Source: Candidatus Iainarchaeum sp.
GTDB lineage: Archaea; Iainarchaeota; Iainarchaeia; Iainarchaeales; VGJJ01
DNA length: 59,834 nucleotides
Reading direction: 5' to 3'
Assembly: GCA_016867455.1 (NCBI GenBank)
Contig: VGJJ01000002.1
Span: 1-59,834 of the forward strand
This document shows, piece by piece, positions 26,174 to 36,205 of the stretch (its first letter is position 1; the number at the start of each line of letters is the position of its first letter). The notes under the pieces are model-generated. The model was not told the DNA's origin, ran no database searches, and saw only the letters and a program-made list of their open reading frames with translations. The position numbers were made by a program, and so were the translations under genes.

Positions 26174-26273
26174 ACGAATGAAACGCCCCGGATATTCTTA
26201 AATTGCCTTGAAAATGTGTCAAAACACGATTGATTATGTAAAAATGTCTCGGAGAAGCCGTACAATTATCGAG

Positions 26274-26281
26274 TTTAAAAG
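26274..26281 (+). promoter_or_regulatory. TATA-like box TTTAAAAG for the giant gene
   Basis: It ends 22 nt before ATG 26303, with no SD in between, which fits a leaderless mRNA. Confidence 0.45.
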
Positions 26282-26302
26282 CCCTGATTGAGTATCCAGA
26301 CC

Positions 26303-29300
26303 ATGCGCTCCTTCACGCACAGTACTCCTTTGATGGGTGTCCTCCTCACGGGGCTTTTGTTCGTAGCAATGGCATATTCAGGGGTTGCTCAAGAAGTGGT
26401 TGAGACCGCTGCCGAAGTGGCGGATGCTATTTCATCAAGCGATATTGTGGTTGATTCGGTCTCTCCTGATTTTTCAGTGATTGCACCATTTGATGGGGAT
26501 GTTGTTTCGAATTCGCTGATGGTGATGATTCTTCCTGCATCACCGGATGCGATTACGCAGGCATACACCACCCTAACGTTTCGGGACCCGATTGATGGCA
26601 GTGATAAAAAATATCGGAATGATTTATCATCGGCTGATAATTGGACAACCGCATTTGATTCTACTCTCATCCCCAATGGAAAGGCACGCATTGCGATGCA
26701 CCTTTGTATTAATGTCGTGTGTGCGGACAAAGAAGTTGATGTGAGTATTGACAATACGCCCGCACCTGCATCATCAAACACGAATGAAGCGAATGCCGAT
26801 ATTTATTTTCCGGAAGTGAATGAGAAAGATCCTCTCTCCTCCGAGACGAATGATCCTGTTCCGGTTGAACCATCCGATACTGGCACCTCGACTTCCATTG
26901 ATCCTGCGCCTGTTGAACCGGTTCCTATTCCATTGGTTATTTTTACTCCTTCGAATGTTGCGGGGGCGTTTCTCATTTTTGATTCGAAGGGAGAATTGTC
27001 TGCCCGCACGTCGGGTGATTCGGTGGAGTTGCCCGTGGGAGAATATTCGGGTGAATTTGAATTTTTTAATCGATTAATCTCCAACATTAGTATTGGTTCA
27101 TTTTCTCTTGCTGAAAACGCGGTTGGAATTTCTTTTTTTGATGATGCGGTGACGCAGCGTTTTTCGATTGGGGGCAAATCATTCCAGCCGGTGGCGAGCA
27201 CGGGCATATCATTCGGCGTCAAGCATGATGGAGCGAGCATTGCGTGGGGAAACACTCCTGAGTCGCTGGACCTTATTTGGTGTACGAATTGGAATCGAAA
27301 CGCTTCCACATGTGATGATGGAGAAATCATCTCCAAGATTTCTGACAGTAAAGAAGTGATTATCAAAGATCGCGAGGCCGTTTTTGTTGTAGCCAAACCG
27401 CTGGGTGACACGAATCCGGGGGCGGGCGAGCTTCGATTGGTTGTTCCTTCCAACATTGGTGGTTTTTTTTCATGGACGGATGAAGTTGGAAATATTTTCT
27501 CCTCGCGCGGAGAGGCCGTCGAGTTGCCGCAAGCATCGTATGATGTGAACATGGAATTGTCTTCCTCGGCTATTTCGCAACTATTTTTCGATAACATGGT
27601 GCTTGATCACAATGGGACAATGGTGCAGGTTATTCCCATTCTCACTTCCGCGAGGGGAGTGCACATTACGACAGTGAATATTGATTATCCTTTTGAAAAT
27701 GGTTTTTTTACATTGGATCCGGATTTTAATGCGAGTAATATCCAGAAGTGTTCGTCGTGGGATCCGGTTGTTCAGATTTGTTCGGGTGAATGGAGTAATA
27801 CTGATTTTTCACTCGCGCGTGGTCTTACTGCTTACCAGTTTTTTCCGCGGAGTGATTCCGCAGAACCTTCTCCTCCGGATGTGTCAAACATTCCTCTCTC
27901 GGAGCGGCAGCAGCTCAAGAATTTGATTGAGCAGCTCAAAAAATTATTCAAGAATAGGCAATACTATATTTCAGATTTGGATCATTCCTCGTCGCCGGTT
28001 CTTTCGTCGTTGTTTAAGAAAATGGAGCTCTCCCTCGAATGCGGTGTTCCGGCAAAACCAACAATCTCGGATGCGGACCGAGTTCCGGAAGATAGCAACG
28101 CGGCAGCGGATGTGATCGTTCCATCACTTGAGGCATCGGTGGATGAATCGCCTTTCGCCACCAACGCAGTGGAATCCCCCGCGATTCTCGTGCAAGAGAC
28201 GAATGAAAACGCTTCTCCCGTTCAAGTGGATTTGCTCCCGGGAGAAAATCCATTAGAGAGTGCGTGGGAGGATGTTTTTCCAGAGAAGTTTAATGGCAAG
28301 CAAGAAGAAGGAATTCTCTCCTGCGACGGTGTCACATTGTTGAATGAGTTTAGGGATGTCTTAGATAGTGTGGATGATGAAAACACCACTTACTTGGGAG
28401 ATCTGGGCCCCTACACGAAGCAGACGCTCACGCTTTCTAATTTGAATTCGGTTCCCGTGACGCGCATGGTGAATGTTCGTTTCATTCTTCCTAATCCAAA
28501 GCTTGCTACTGAAAATAGGACCATGGAGCCTTTTTCGTTGTACCAGTTGATTAAGACGGAAGAGGTTGAGCTCGTTAAAGATGTGAACGTGGACGCGAAT
28601 ACCATGGTCACTGAAAAAGTGGTTCAAAATCATGAAGTGGAATTCATTGACTCGCAGGAGGAAGTGGATGGTTCGTATGATTGGGAGGATTATTGGCACG
28701 CGGGAGTATATCCGATTGGTCTCGTTCACCGTGCGAATAATCGAATGGTGTTGGACACACTCTTGACGATTTCGCTACTCCCGAATGAGACTAAAATTAT
28801 TGATCCTATTTTTGAGTTGGCTGAAACCCCTGCGTTTACGGCGGCGTGGGATGGCAACAGCAAATTTGATTTCATTGGTGGCGCGAGTGATATTAATGGA
28901 GTACTAATCCTCGACTTAGACAATAATGGCGTTCCTAATGACATGATTATCACGGCTCCCTTTGCGGACACGAATGGTAAGTTTGACAATGGTGTTGTTT
29001 ACGTGATTAAGGATTTCAATAGACAGACTGATATTAAGGGCTTGGGTAATCCGGATAATTTTTCTATTGCATTTGCCGCGCCATTCACGGCAGACATGTT
29101 GGGAAGAGGATACTTAGCGGCTATTCCGGGTTCAATCGGCGTTCAAGTGTACAACACGGATGGTAATGCGTATGCGAATGATTTGATTATTACGGCCACA
29201 CGCTCGGACGCGAATAACGCCGGAAAAACAGATGCGGGTGCGGTGTATTTGATTAAGGATGTTGATCGCAAAACGGGTTTTAGGAGTTTGTTGGATACAA

Positions 29301-32300
29301 CCAGTTTTGATGCCATGTGGACGGGTTCCAGCGCCTCCGACTCTATTGGTGGAACCAATGGTGGTAATGGAATCATTGTGGCTAATTTAGATGGAAATTC
29401 ATCCGCGAATGATTTGATTATTTCTGCCTATAACGCGCTTTCGGGTAAAGCAGGGAATGGTTCGGTGTACATGATTCTGGATATTAATCGTAAAGTAGGA
29501 AGATATGATTTGAATCACACGCAAAGCTTTAATGCGCGGTGGGATGGTAACGCGTTTGTCGCCACGGAAAACTTGGGAAGCACCAACAATAGTGGACAGG
29601 GCGTTCAAATAGTCAATATTGACAAGAATACGATTGCGAATGATTTGATGATTGTTTCGTATTTAGCGGATTATAATGGTAAAGCAGATTCGGGAAATAT
29701 TTACATTATTAAAGATATTAATCGCCGGTCCGGAATTCTTCCATTTTCGAGCACGGCTAATTTTGATGTCATGGTCACGGGCGGAGGATTAGCGGCGGGA
29801 ACGGGTGCCCAATTAGGGAGCACGAATGGTTGGGGTAATGCTGCGCGATTCTATGATATGAATGGTGATGGTTTCGTGAATGATTTGTTGTTGACGAATT
29901 ATCAGGCTGATTTTAACGGAAAGACTAACAATGGTGCAATCTGGTTGATTAGTGATATTAATTCCAAGTCCGGCGTGATTGATTTGAACACCACGAGGGG
30001 GGGACTGTATAATGCACTGTACTATGGCGGAGCCCTCAACGACCAAATTGGCGCATACAATACCGCGTATACGCTTCCAGGAAATCCGGGCGAAACCGTT
30101 TTAGTGGTTAATTTGGATGGAAATGCCACGGCAAATGATTTGATTATCATCGGCGATGCGGTTGATTCGAATGGACTTGCCAACGCGGGGGCGGTGTACT
30201 TAATCAGGGATATCAACGCCAAACCGGGAACATTTGATTTGAATAATGGAAACGTGTTTAATGCTCGTTGGTTGGGTGCCGTCGCACAGGATTTTTTGGG
30301 GTATAATGATTCCATCAACACGGGCGTTCAAGTCGTGAATATTGACAACAATTTGTACGCCAATGACTTGTTGATTGGTTCTACTTTCACGGATATTAAT
30401 GGTAAAACGAGCTCGGGCGGAGTGTATTTGATTCGTGACATTAATGCATTAAATCCCGGGCTGTACGGTAATCGCCGCTACCTTGGAAATTTGGATCATT
30501 TTAATGCTCGCTGGAATGGCGGCGCGGGTGATTTGCTTTCAGACAATAACTTGAGTGGTCCTTCAATTATGGTCATTAATGCCGATGGTAACGCGTACGC
30601 GAATGACTTGTTGATTTCCGCGAGTTCGGCGGATGTGAATGGTTGGACGGACAATGGTGCCGTGTATTTAGTGTTGGACGTGGATCGAAATGGTTTAACG
30701 GGCGTTTTGTATGATTTCAATTCCATTGCCCGCGGAACGTACAAAACTCGTTTTAGTGGGAGAAATAATTTTGACCAGTTAGGGGATACGAATCGCGGCG
30801 GTCCGGCAATGATCGTGGCGAATATCAATAACACGGCTTCCGCGAATGATTTGATTTTGGTTAGTCCAAAGGTTGACACGCATAAACGCGATGCTGGAGC
30901 AGTAACGTTGTTTATGGATATTAATTCGTTGGACTTGAATGTGGGTATTGATAACAACCTCATGCTCTATCACCAGTGGAGGGGCGATTTGAATTCGGAT
31001 GCGGTGGGTGATGGTAACGTTCAGAACACGAGTGTATATTTGGTCAACACTGATTTGAATACGCGTGCAAATGATTTGATTATTTTATCCGCCAATAAGG
31101 ATGCGAATGGGTTGATTAACAATGGAGCGGTATTCTTTATCAAAGACATTTCGACCGCGCGAGAGGGCCGGGGTTCGTTGACGTTTGTGTTAAACCAACC
31201 AGGTTTTGATGGTAATTCGGTTCGCGTGGGGGGCGATATTAATGTTTCGGCTCGCGCCACGTGTATTCTTGCTAACTGCGGAATTGTATCCAGCTCCGTT
31301 CAATACTGTAAGAACGACCTCAACACGATTACGTGTGCAAGTTTTATTGACATGAATAATGATAGTGCGAGTCCGCTGTATGTTACTCAAGGCAGTGTTA
31401 CCGTCATGAGCGGACCGATTACAATAGATCAAGCATTTGATGTTAATTGGACGATTCGCGGAAGTGATGTGAATAGTTATATGATTCGCGTCATTTCTCG
31501 CGGTGCCAATGTTACAAACGCCACTTCTACTGAAAGACGATTAGTTGTCGAGCCTGTAAATTCATCTGATTTGCAATTGAATTACACATTTTCGGCAAGG
31601 CTTTACGGTTTGGTTAATGATACGATTGGTTACACTAATTTCAGCCGCGACGGGGTGAACATAGTTAATGTGGATAACGGTTCGTATGCCAATGATTTGA
31701 TTATTACGGCTCCCTTCGCGGATGTAAATGGTAAGGCGGACAGTGGGGCTATTTATTTGCTCAAGAATATTGACCAAAACACAGGATTAATCGACTTGAA
31801 TCATTTTACGCAGAGTTTTAGTGCCCGTTGGAATGGGGGCGCAGCCAATGATCGTATTGGAGACATGAATGGTTCCGGCCAAGGATATCGTTTGGCCGAC
31901 ATGGATGGAAACGGTTACACGAATGATTTGTTGATTGGTGCACCGTTTGCGGATGCGAATCAGAAAACCAATAATGGGGCGCTTTATTTGATTAAAGATA
32001 TTGACAAAAAGGGCGGTGCGTTTGATTTGAATATTCCCACGAATTCTTCGCTTCGTTACACGGGAAATATTACGGGTGACGCCCTTGGTTTTGTGATGGG
32101 TGGCGGAAGCGGAATGAGTTTGTCCAACATTGATGGGAATGGGGTGTTGAATGATGTATTAGTTGGTGCGACGTATGCGGATGCTAATGGTAAAGTGGAC
32201 ACGGGACGTATTTTCTTGCTGCGTGACATTAATCGTTTTGATGGATTGCGGGATTTGAATAACACTACTTTCTTCAGCGCCGCATGGAATGGAGGAGTGG

Positions 32301-34354
32301 TGCGTGAAATACTCCCTCATAATTCGCGTGGTTTGCCATCATTTTCGGATGCGATGCAATTGGTAAACGTCGACCAAAATGCGTCGGCAAATGATTTGCT
32401 CATTACGGTTTCGCAGGCGGACATGAATGCTAAATCCCGCGTGGGAAAAATTTATTTGATAAAAGACATCAACGCGAAAGCGGGATCATTTGATTTGAAT
32501 AATACTAATTTTTTCAATTATGCGTGGAATGGTCCGATGGCCGGTGATGAAATTGGTTTCACCTCATTAAATGGTCAAGGGGTTCAATTGTTTGACTTGG
32601 ATGGGAATGGGTACGCGAATGATTTGTTGATTACGGCATCATTTTCTGATTTGCGAAAAAGTAATGGGGGTGCCGTGTATATGATACTCGATATTGATCG
32701 GAACACGGGTGGTATTCGTGATCTCAATCAACCGTCATTCTTTAATGCGGCGTGGTCAGCGGTGAACGCGTCCGACCTGATTGGTGACACGAGCGGGAGC
32801 GGCAATGCGGTTCAAATTGGAAACCTGGATGGCAATGCGAACGCGAATGATTTGGTGTTGAACGTGCCGCTGGAAGACTATAATAGTGGAACCAACAACG
32901 GCGCCGTGTACGTGATTCTGGACATCAACAAGAAAGTGGGTCAGCAGGATTTGAATATTCGTACGAATTGGAATGCTAAATTTTATGGGTTGACTGGAAA
33001 TTTGCTCGGGGACACGGAAAACGTTACATACACGTTCTCGGATGCTAATGCGAAAGGTGTTCTCATTACGAACGTGGACGGGAATACTTTTTCCAATGAC
33101 TTGTTGATTGGCAGCGCGCTGCATGATTTCAATAATAAAACGAATGTGGGTGGAGTCATTTTGATTCGCGACGCGAATAGTGTGGCAGAGCAGCGTCTCA
33201 TTTTGAATGATTTGAATTATTCCGCGGGTTGGAGCGGCGGGGTGGCGTCGGATTATTTGGGGGACACGAATCGTTCAGGCCCTGGTTTCCAAGTTGGCAA
33301 TTTTGACGGGGGATCATACGCCAATGATTTGGTTATTTCGGCACCGAGTGCGGATGTGAATAACAAGAATGATAATGGTGCCGTTTACGTGATTAAAAAT
33401 ATTGATACGTTCCGCGGGCAACGAGACTTGATTGCTCCTGTAAAATATGATGCCCGCTACGTTGGACAGGGTTCCCTTGATTATTTAGGTGAAACGGTTT
33501 TCGGCGGCTTTGGTGTTCAGATTGTTAACGTAGATGGCAACGCGTACAGTAATGATCTTATCATTACTGGCGCACGTGCGGATGCGGGTTTTATTAGAGA
33601 TTCGGGCGCCACTTATTTAGTGAATGAAATTCAGAATGATGTGAATGATAATGATTTTGCCAATAATAATAATTATACGTGGAGATGGCGCGCATCCTCT
33701 ACCAATGCGTATTTAGGCCAGACGTTCAGCAATGCCCGCGGTGTTCAAGTCACTAATATTGATAATGGTTCCACGACCAATGATTTGATTGTCATTGCCG
33801 CGTATGATGATGTGAATGGCCGCACCAACTCGGGAGCGGTTACCCTCATTGAGAATATTTCATCGGCATCCACGCTGGATTACACGTTTGCCGTGCTTCT
33901 TCCTTCGTCTGGTTGCACGAATGGAAAGGGAAATATTACTGGGGGAACCACGTGCCAGCGGGCGTGGATTGAACCGTTGGTTGATTTGAATGGCACTACC
34001 ACTGAGACAGGATTAGTCCCGGAAGGACAGTCAACAATAGATGCTACGTCTCCCTTCTTTCGGATTGATAATCAGTCCACGAGTTCGACGAGTTTCACTA
34101 TTTTGTTGGATTTGAATCAAGCATATCCTGCAGAATACACCCTAAAAGCAAGTCAATTATTTTCGGGTTGGGAATCCACCTGTTCTGGGACCCCGTCAAC
34201 CGGTTGTATTACCTTAACCACCACTCCCACGAGTGTGGGCACCGCCACGTATTCGGCGGGAACCAATGATTTGAGCATCTTTTTCTTCGGTGATTTCAGC
34301 AGTGCGAACGCTGGACGAGTTGATCGTAATGTGGATACGAATTATACTCCGTGA
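26303..34354 (+). CDS. giant secreted repeat protein (FG-GAP / integrin-alpha-like Ca-binding beta-propeller blades)
   Basis: Uninterrupted frame of ~2,683 aa from ATG 26303 (the ORF track gives TTG 26288). Signal-peptide-like MRSFTHSTPLMGVLLTGLLFVAMAYSGVAQE. There are 20 repeats of consensus N.DGN..ANDL[IL]I.A..AD.NGK...GAVYLI.DI. No C-terminal TM. Confidence 0.9.
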   Translation: MRSFTHSTPLMGVLLTGLLFVAMAYSGVAQEVVETAAEVADAISSSDIVVDSVSPDFSVIAPFDGDVVSNSLMVMILPASPDAITQAYTTLTFRDPIDGSDKKYRNDLSSADNWTTAFDSTLIPNGKARIAMHLCINVVCADKEVDVSIDNTPAPASSNTNEANADIYFPEVNEKDPLSSETNDPVPVEPSDTGTSTSIDPAPVEPVPIPLVIFTPSNVAGAFLIFDSKGELSARTSGDSVELPVGEYSGEFEFFNRLISNISIGSFSLAENAVGISFFDDAVTQRFSIGGKSFQPVASTGISFGVKHDGASIAWGNTPESLDLIWCTNWNRNASTCDDGEIISKISDSKEVIIKDREAVFVVAKPLGDTNPGAGELRLVVPSNIGGFFSWTDEVGNIFSSRGEAVELPQASYDVNMELSSSAISQLFFDNMVLDHNGTMVQVIPILTSARGVHITTVNIDYPFENGFFTLDPDFNASNIQKCSSWDPVVQICSGEWSNTDFSLARGLTAYQFFPRSDSAEPSPPDVSNIPLSERQQLKNLIEQLKKLFKNRQYYISDLDHSSSPVLSSLFKKMELSLECGVPAKPTISDADRVPEDSNAAADVIVPSLEASVDESPFATNAVESPAILVQETNENASPVQVDLLPGENPLESAWEDVFPEKFNGKQEEGILSCDGVTLLNEFRDVLDSVDDENTTYLGDLGPYTKQTLTLSNLNSVPVTRMVNVRFILPNPKLATENRTMEPFSLYQLIKTEEVELVKDVNVDANTMVTEKVVQNHEVEFIDSQEEVDGSYDWEDYWHAGVYPIGLVHRANNRMVLDTLLTISLLPNETKIIDPIFELAETPAFTAAWDGNSKFDFIGGASDINGVLILDLDNNGVPNDMIITAPFADTNGKFDNGVVYVIKDFNRQTDIKGLGNPDNFSIAFAAPFTADMLGRGYLAAIPGSIGVQVYNTDGNAYANDLIITATRSDANNAGKTDAGAVYLIKDVDRKTGFRSLLDTTSFDAMWTGSSASDSIGGTNGGNGIIVANLDGNSSANDLIISAYNALSGKAGNGSVYMILDINRKVGRYDLNHTQSFNARWDGNAFVATENLGSTNNSGQGVQIVNIDKNTIANDLMIVSYLADYNGKADSGNIYIIKDINRRSGILPFSSTANFDVMVTGGGLAAGTGAQLGSTNGWGNAARFYDMNGDGFVNDLLLTNYQADFNGKTNNGAIWLISDINSKSGVIDLNTTRGGLYNALYYGGALNDQIGAYNTAYTLPGNPGETVLVVNLDGNATANDLIIIGDAVDSNGLANAGAVYLIRDINAKPGTFDLNNGNVFNARWLGAVAQDFLGYNDSINTGVQVVNIDNNLYANDLLIGSTFTDINGKTSSGGVYLIRDINALNPGLYGNRRYLGNLDHFNARWNGGAGDLLSDNNLSGPSIMVINADGNAYANDLLISASSADVNGWTDNGAVYLVLDVDRNGLTGVLYDFNSIARGTYKTRFSGRNNFDQLGDTNRGGPAMIVANINNTASANDLILVSPKVDTHKRDAGAVTLFMDINSLDLNVGIDNNLMLYHQWRGDLNSDAVGDGNVQNTSVYLVNTDLNTRANDLIILSANKDANGLINNGAVFFIKDISTAREGRGSLTFVLNQPGFDGNSVRVGGDINVSARATCILANCGIVSSSVQYCKNDLNTITCASFIDMNNDSASPLYVTQGSVTVMSGPITIDQAFDVNWTIRGSDVNSYMIRVISRGANVTNATSTERRLVVEPVNSSDLQLNYTFSARLYGLVNDTIGYTNFSRDGVNIVNVDNGSYANDLIITAPFADVNGKADSGAIYLLKNIDQNTGLIDLNHFTQSFSARWNGGAANDRIGDMNGSGQGYRLADMDGNGYTNDLLIGAPFADANQKTNNGALYLIKDIDKKGGAFDLNIPTNSSLRYTGNITGDALGFVMGGGSGMSLSNIDGNGVLNDVLVGATYADANGKVDTGRIFLLRDINRFDGLRDLNNTTFFSAAWNGGVVREILPHNSRGLPSFSDAMQLVNVDQNASANDLLITVSQADMNAKSRVGKIYLIKDINAKAGSFDLNNTNFFNYAWNGPMAGDEIGFTSLNGQGVQLFDLDGNGYANDLLITASFSDLRKSNGGAVYMILDIDRNTGGIRDLNQPSFFNAAWSAVNASDLIGDTSGSGNAVQIGNLDGNANANDLVLNVPLEDYNSGTNNGAVYVILDINKKVGQQDLNIRTNWNAKFYGLTGNLLGDTENVTYTFSDANAKGVLITNVDGNTFSNDLLIGSALHDFNNKTNVGGVILIRDANSVAEQRLILNDLNYSAGWSGGVASDYLGDTNRSGPGFQVGNFDGGSYANDLVISAPSADVNNKNDNGAVYVIKNIDTFRGQRDLIAPVKYDARYVGQGSLDYLGETVFGGFGVQIVNVDGNAYSNDLIITGARADAGFIRDSGATYLVNEIQNDVNDNDFANNNNYTWRWRASSTNAYLGQTFSNARGVQVTNIDNGSTTNDLIVIAAYDDVNGRTNSGAVTLIENISSASTLDYTFAVLLPSSGCTNGKGNITGGTTCQRAWIEPLVDLNGTTTETGLVPEGQSTIDATSPFFRIDNQSTSSTSFTILLDLNQAYPAEYTLKASQLFSGWESTCSGTPSTGCITLTTTPTSVGTATYSAGTNDLSIFFFGDFSSANAGRVDRNVDTNYTP
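28840..33865 (+). repeat. in-frame coding repeat lattice: 10 + 10 units of ~77 aa (~230 nt)
   Basis: Run 1 spans ~28840-31150 and run 2 ~31570-33865. They are separated by a Cys-containing, non-repeat insert of ~140 aa. Confidence 0.85.
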
Positions 34355-34369
34355 TGGATGGGATCATGA

Positions 34370-35194
34370 ATGAAAAAAATGAATAATTGGCGGATGGATT
34401 CGGCAAAAAATTCGGCGTGGCCGCGCATGGCAATAATGGTTATTGGAATAATAGCATTAGTCATTGTTTCGTGGTTGGGTTGGAATTATTTTTCCTCTTC
34501 TCAAAATCAATCATTGCTTGTTCAAAATTGTTCATCCATTAATCGCGAATCCTATGGGGTGAATCCGGTTATTTTTGAAGAACTTCCTTCCCCGCCGGCG
34601 TGTTTTTACACGGTGGTAGATGCGTTTCGCAGTGGTGATTTTTTGAATCCATTCTTTTTTGATAAAACGTATTATTTGCAGCCGGAATTTTTTCCATTAT
34701 TTGAGAGAGAGGGTCTTGCAGCGTGGAAATATCCTTCAGCGGGAGTGTGGGGAGCCGTAGGGTATGGCGCACACCCCTCGAGTTTATCCTTTTCTCTCCT
34801 TCCGGGGCAGCGTATTCGTACTCGTTTGTTTATTTTTTCGAGCATGGGTATTCGTACGTATCAGGGAATGAGAATAGCTCCCTTTTTTCCAAACCCTGTG
34901 GATGAGGCGCATGTTACTATTTCTATTCTCGGGAAAGCGGGCAATGGTTTTATTGTGGGGCCCAATTTTCCTAAATTTAGTAGCATGTGGGTGCAGCCGG
35001 TAGATATTGAAATCAGGGCTGCTGAAAATATTCCTCCTGAAACCTTGCGCGCGCGGCTCGTGGTTAAATCACCTGAATCGGCTACAGACGAGCAGGGAAT
35101 AGAGAAGTATGGTAGTAATTATTTTCCTGCCACTGCGTATGTGGGAGAGCGGTCTCCGGCGGAGATTACTATTACTATTCTTCCAGAGAAATAG
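34370..35194 (+). CDS. single-pass membrane protein co-oriented with the giant gene (unknown)
   Basis: 274 aa with an N-terminal TM (MAIMVIGIIALVIVSWLGW). Starts 15 nt after the giant gene stop. Confidence 0.7.
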   Translation: MKKMNNWRMDSAKNSAWPRMAIMVIGIIALVIVSWLGWNYFSSSQNQSLLVQNCSSINRESYGVNPVIFEELPSPPACFYTVVDAFRSGDFLNPFFFDKTYYLQPEFFPLFEREGLAAWKYPSAGVWGAVGYGAHPSSLSFSLLPGQRIRTRLFIFSSMGIRTYQGMRIAPFFPNPVDEAHVTISILGKAGNGFIVGPNFPKFSSMWVQPVDIEIRAAENIPPETLRARLVVKSPESATDEQGIEKYGSNYFPATAYVGERSPAEITITILPEK

Positions 35195-35236
35195 GTTGAT
35201 GATTAAAAAAAATGAATGATGGGGCGAGAATAATGG

Positions 35237-35971
35237 TTATTCTCGTCCGCCGACTAATCCTGCGGCTTCTTCTAATCGATTTCGTCGTCCGCGGAATTCT
35301 CTGCGTTTGCGTTTTTGTCCTTGGTCCTCGGATTCTCCGTCTTTCAAGGGGTATTCGAATTCTTCGATTGTTTTGGGAAACGCTTCATCATTGGGAATGT
35401 TTCCGCTGGCTTTCAAGTATTCTTTTGCCAAGAGCCAATATACTAATGCTAGTGACTTGCGTCCCTTGTTGTTGATGGGGATGGCAATGTCGATGTTGGC
35501 GAGCGAGTTGTTTGTGGAGGCGAGTGCCACGACCACGGCTTTGGCTCGTGCGGCTTCGGCGATGGCTTGTGCATCGGACTCGGGTTCGGTGATGATAACC
35601 ACTTGCGGTTGGATGAATTCTTTTCCTTGTGGATTAGTGAATGTTCCCGGCACAAACCTTCCAGTGAGTGCTTTTGCTCCAATAGCGTTGGCGAATTCTT
35701 CGGCGGGTGTTTTTCCATATACTTTTCGTGAGACCACGATTATTTTTTTGGGAGAGTATTTGGACAAAAACAATCCTACTTGTTTTACTCTCTCGTCAAT
35801 GACTTGTACGTCCAACACTTTCAATCCGTCTTTTCGCTGCTTGTAGATGTATCGGGACATGTCTCCTGACTTGAATCGGGTGCCAATGTGTGCTCCCGTT
35901 GTGAGATATTTTTCGATTACCGGATTGGTGGCAACCACTTGTTGCGTGTTTTCGTCCATTTTTTCAGTCAT
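35237..35971 (-). CDS. rps2: 30S ribosomal protein uS2
   Basis: LTTGAHIGTRFKSGDMSRYIYKQRKDGLKVLDV; acidic/basic C-terminal tail. Confidence 0.93.
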   Translation of the reverse strand: MTEKMDENTQQVVATNPVIEKYLTTGAHIGTRFKSGDMSRYIYKQRKDGLKVLDVQVIDERVKQVGLFLSKYSPKKIIVVSRKVYGKTPAEEFANAIGAKALTGRFVPGTFTNPQGKEFIQPQVVIITEPESDAQAIAEAARAKAVVVALASTNNSLANIDIAIPINNKGRKSLALVYWLLAKEYLKASGNIPNDEAFPKTIEEFEYPLKDGESEDQGQKRKRREFRGRRNRLEEAAGLVGGRE

Positions 35972-35985
35972 TGTTGTCCCTCATT

Positions 35986-36180
35986 TTAAGCATTATATTT
36001 GAGCACGTCATCCATGACATCCACGTGTGCGAGGAGCATGCGTCGGCAGCAGTAGCGGGTGATTCCCATGTGTTGGAATATCTCGTCCAATTTTTCTCCT
36101 TTCTTCATGCGTGACTTCATCTCTTCGTAGTGCCCCGCAATGGGTTTTCCGCAGGAAAAGCATCGGACTGGGATAATCAT
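35986..36180 (-). CDS. rpoN: DNA-directed RNA polymerase subunit N (Rpb10)
   Basis: Start moved to ATG 36180 (SD GGTGG upstream). MIIPVRCFSCGKPI...RYCCRRM zinc motif. Confidence 0.92.
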   Translation of the reverse strand: MIIPVRCFSCGKPIAGHYEEMKSRMKKGEKLDEIFQHMGITRYCCRRMLLAHVDVMDDVLKYNA

Positions 36181-36205
36181 GGTTGTTCCACCTCGTTTTC
36201 TCCGT

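Noticed and set aside
28840-33865. The regular ~230-nt periodicity could be a CRISPR array, a satellite or an assembly artefact.
   Set aside because: The repeats are in frame, diverged and protein-coding with a conserved amino-acid consensus. There is no repeat/spacer alternation with identical repeats.
26303-34354. The giant surface gene as a diversity-generating retroelement target.
   Set aside because: The window has no reverse transcriptase, and I noticed no template/variable repeat pair with A-specific mismatches. This cannot be excluded genome-wide.
35307-35846. 179-aa plus-strand ORF.
   Set aside because: It is antisense to rps2.
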